DNA of 64,000 nt. Origin: Raillietiella orientalis. Its lineage: Eukaryota. Positions within the stretch are counted from its first letter, which is position 1; the number at the start of each line of letters is the position of its first letter. Below are positions 62,447-64,000 of the stretch, piece by piece. Where the stretch lies: positions 3,162,001-3,226,000 of the forward strand of contig JAYWIR010000020.1 of the NCBI GenBank assembly GCA_036172245.1, given 5' to 3'. Both the position numbers and the translations under genes were made by a program. Under the pieces are notes generated by a model. The model made no database searches, was not told the origin of the DNA, and was given only the letters and a program-made list of their open reading frames with translations.

Positions 62447-64000
62447 AAGAAGGGTGACGATGGAACGGATGAAAACCGAATTTCGATGATTTCATGAGAA
62501 TTCTAGATGATTTCAGTATATTTGGCTGCAAAAAAAAAACACACACATACGCACGCACACTCGTAATACAAGAGTGTAGCACCCACAGTACCGAATTTTT
62601 GTCATTCTCTCTTTGCGTTCTCTAGCTGCTGACTTTTTGGAATGCCTGCCTTGCGGCTCCCTTCCGGCATGGTCTCACTGACCCTGGGCTGACCAGCTAG
62701 AAGGAGAGCGCAGAGCCCTCATGCTAAATTCTCTTCCCACGCGGAGGCTGTCTCGAGAAAGCGAGCACCCAACTCGCTGATCCTGCTCCCCCGTTCCCGT
62801 CTGAAGACCTCCGCCGTTTCGTTCCGCTAGCAGGGGAAACACGCACAGGACCTCTGTGTGTGCCTCATGAGTCGGCTTTCAGCATGCGTTTTGGGGTTAT
62901 GGGCACACCACTGAGCCACTGCATGACCGCAGCAACTTTCTCCTGTTCACCCAGTGTCCCTGATCCTCAGAGACCGGGGATGCAGGCTGGCTCGCCTCAT
63001 ATCCGTACAGGAGAGGTCTGTCAACCCACTCCGTGCTGTTTTCCGTACAAGCGCCGATACTGTCTTCAGGAGGCATCAGGATGGGAAAGGGAGGCTCTTG
63101 GGAGCAGATGGACAAGCAGTGCCATCTGGTTCCCTCCAATGGCGACGCTTTTTTGGTTACTTTGGAACCGCTATGGAATCTTCTCGTCCTTTCTGTCTTG
63201 AACCGGTCTTCTTGGTTGCGGTTGCTATCACGGTGGCCTCCCTTCGCTTTGGACACGTCTCGAGCACATGCAGGCCTTGGCGGTGGCGCGGACTCAACAC
63301 ACGGTGAGAAAATCGAGCAGAACATTGACTCCAACAAAGAAATGGTACCAACCGATGTGGATGTGGTTGGGGTTTCTCGCAAAAAATTCCATAAACTCAT
63401 GCGGATGGGACAAGATGATGGACAGGAGATGGAGAGATGGAGGTGGCAAAGATGGGGAAGATCGCAAAGAACCTTGTCGATTTGCTCTATGCAATCTCTC
63501 CGTTCATCCCCGCAAACGCTCACTTTGGGGGGATGTCCAGCTCGTGTGGCACGCCATCGTTCTTGAAATCCCAGTACCCCATGGGCCGACAACGAATGCA
63601 CGAACCGATGCTCTGATTCTTCCTGGAGAGGAAAGCTCGTGGTTGAAACGTTTTTCTTCTTCGCGTTTGCTGACCCGGAACGCTGCCGGAGTGCTTTCGA
63701 ATGGACAGCACGAGTCGAACATCATGATGCCATTCCCTTTTCTGAGGAAGAGTTCGGGTCGCGATGCCGCCTTGGTGTCTCTCCAGGATCTTCCCTGCGT
63801 CTCCTTCTTGATCAGATGATGCAAAGTTGAAAGCGCTAGCTGCAAAGAGTTAGAATGTGAGACGACACCTGACCCCATCCACTCTGGAACCGACGGCTAG
63901 ATCGATCTCCTACCTGCTTCCCACCGGCTGCTCAGGTAAAAAGAGACGAAGGCGTGCGGCACGAAATAAATTGGAAAATCCTGATCCTCAGAGTGATGTG

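Overview
Eukaryotic, intron-containing genomic DNA. It is probably from an arthropod or other invertebrate, inferred from 43-63 nt introns and an insect-hemomucin-like gene; it is not prokaryotic, and no CRISPR, rRNA or complete tRNA genes were seen. Three spliced genes can be rebuilt with consistent GT-AG phases. (1) The 3' nine exons of an M1/aminopeptidase-N-like protein (+, 1217-14681), whose GAMEN, HExxH and catalytic Tyr motifs are all degenerate although the frame is intact, suggesting a pseudoenzyme. (2) A complete glycosylasparaginase AGA (-, 24010-26769). (3) A 5'-incomplete APMAP/hemomucin (strictosidine-synthase-like) gene (-, 28768-39916). Large introns and intergenic DNA hold transposon debris: an L1/Tx1-type LINE with a second 3' copy sharing a structured terminus without poly(A), a ~760 bp tRNA-headed SINE-like family with at least 5 pieces, a 949 bp hAT (SPIN/Buster-like) deletion derivative with TIRs and a perfect 8 bp TSD, and decayed Ty3/Gypsy remnants. 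At 50.9-53.0 kb lies an AT-rich, CpG-poor, intronless, frameshifted ankyrin plus PRANC/F-box-like pseudogene, a candidate horizontally acquired or retro-copied sequence. Exon-like segments at 55-62 kb hint at an unassembled gene. All alignments were done by eye.
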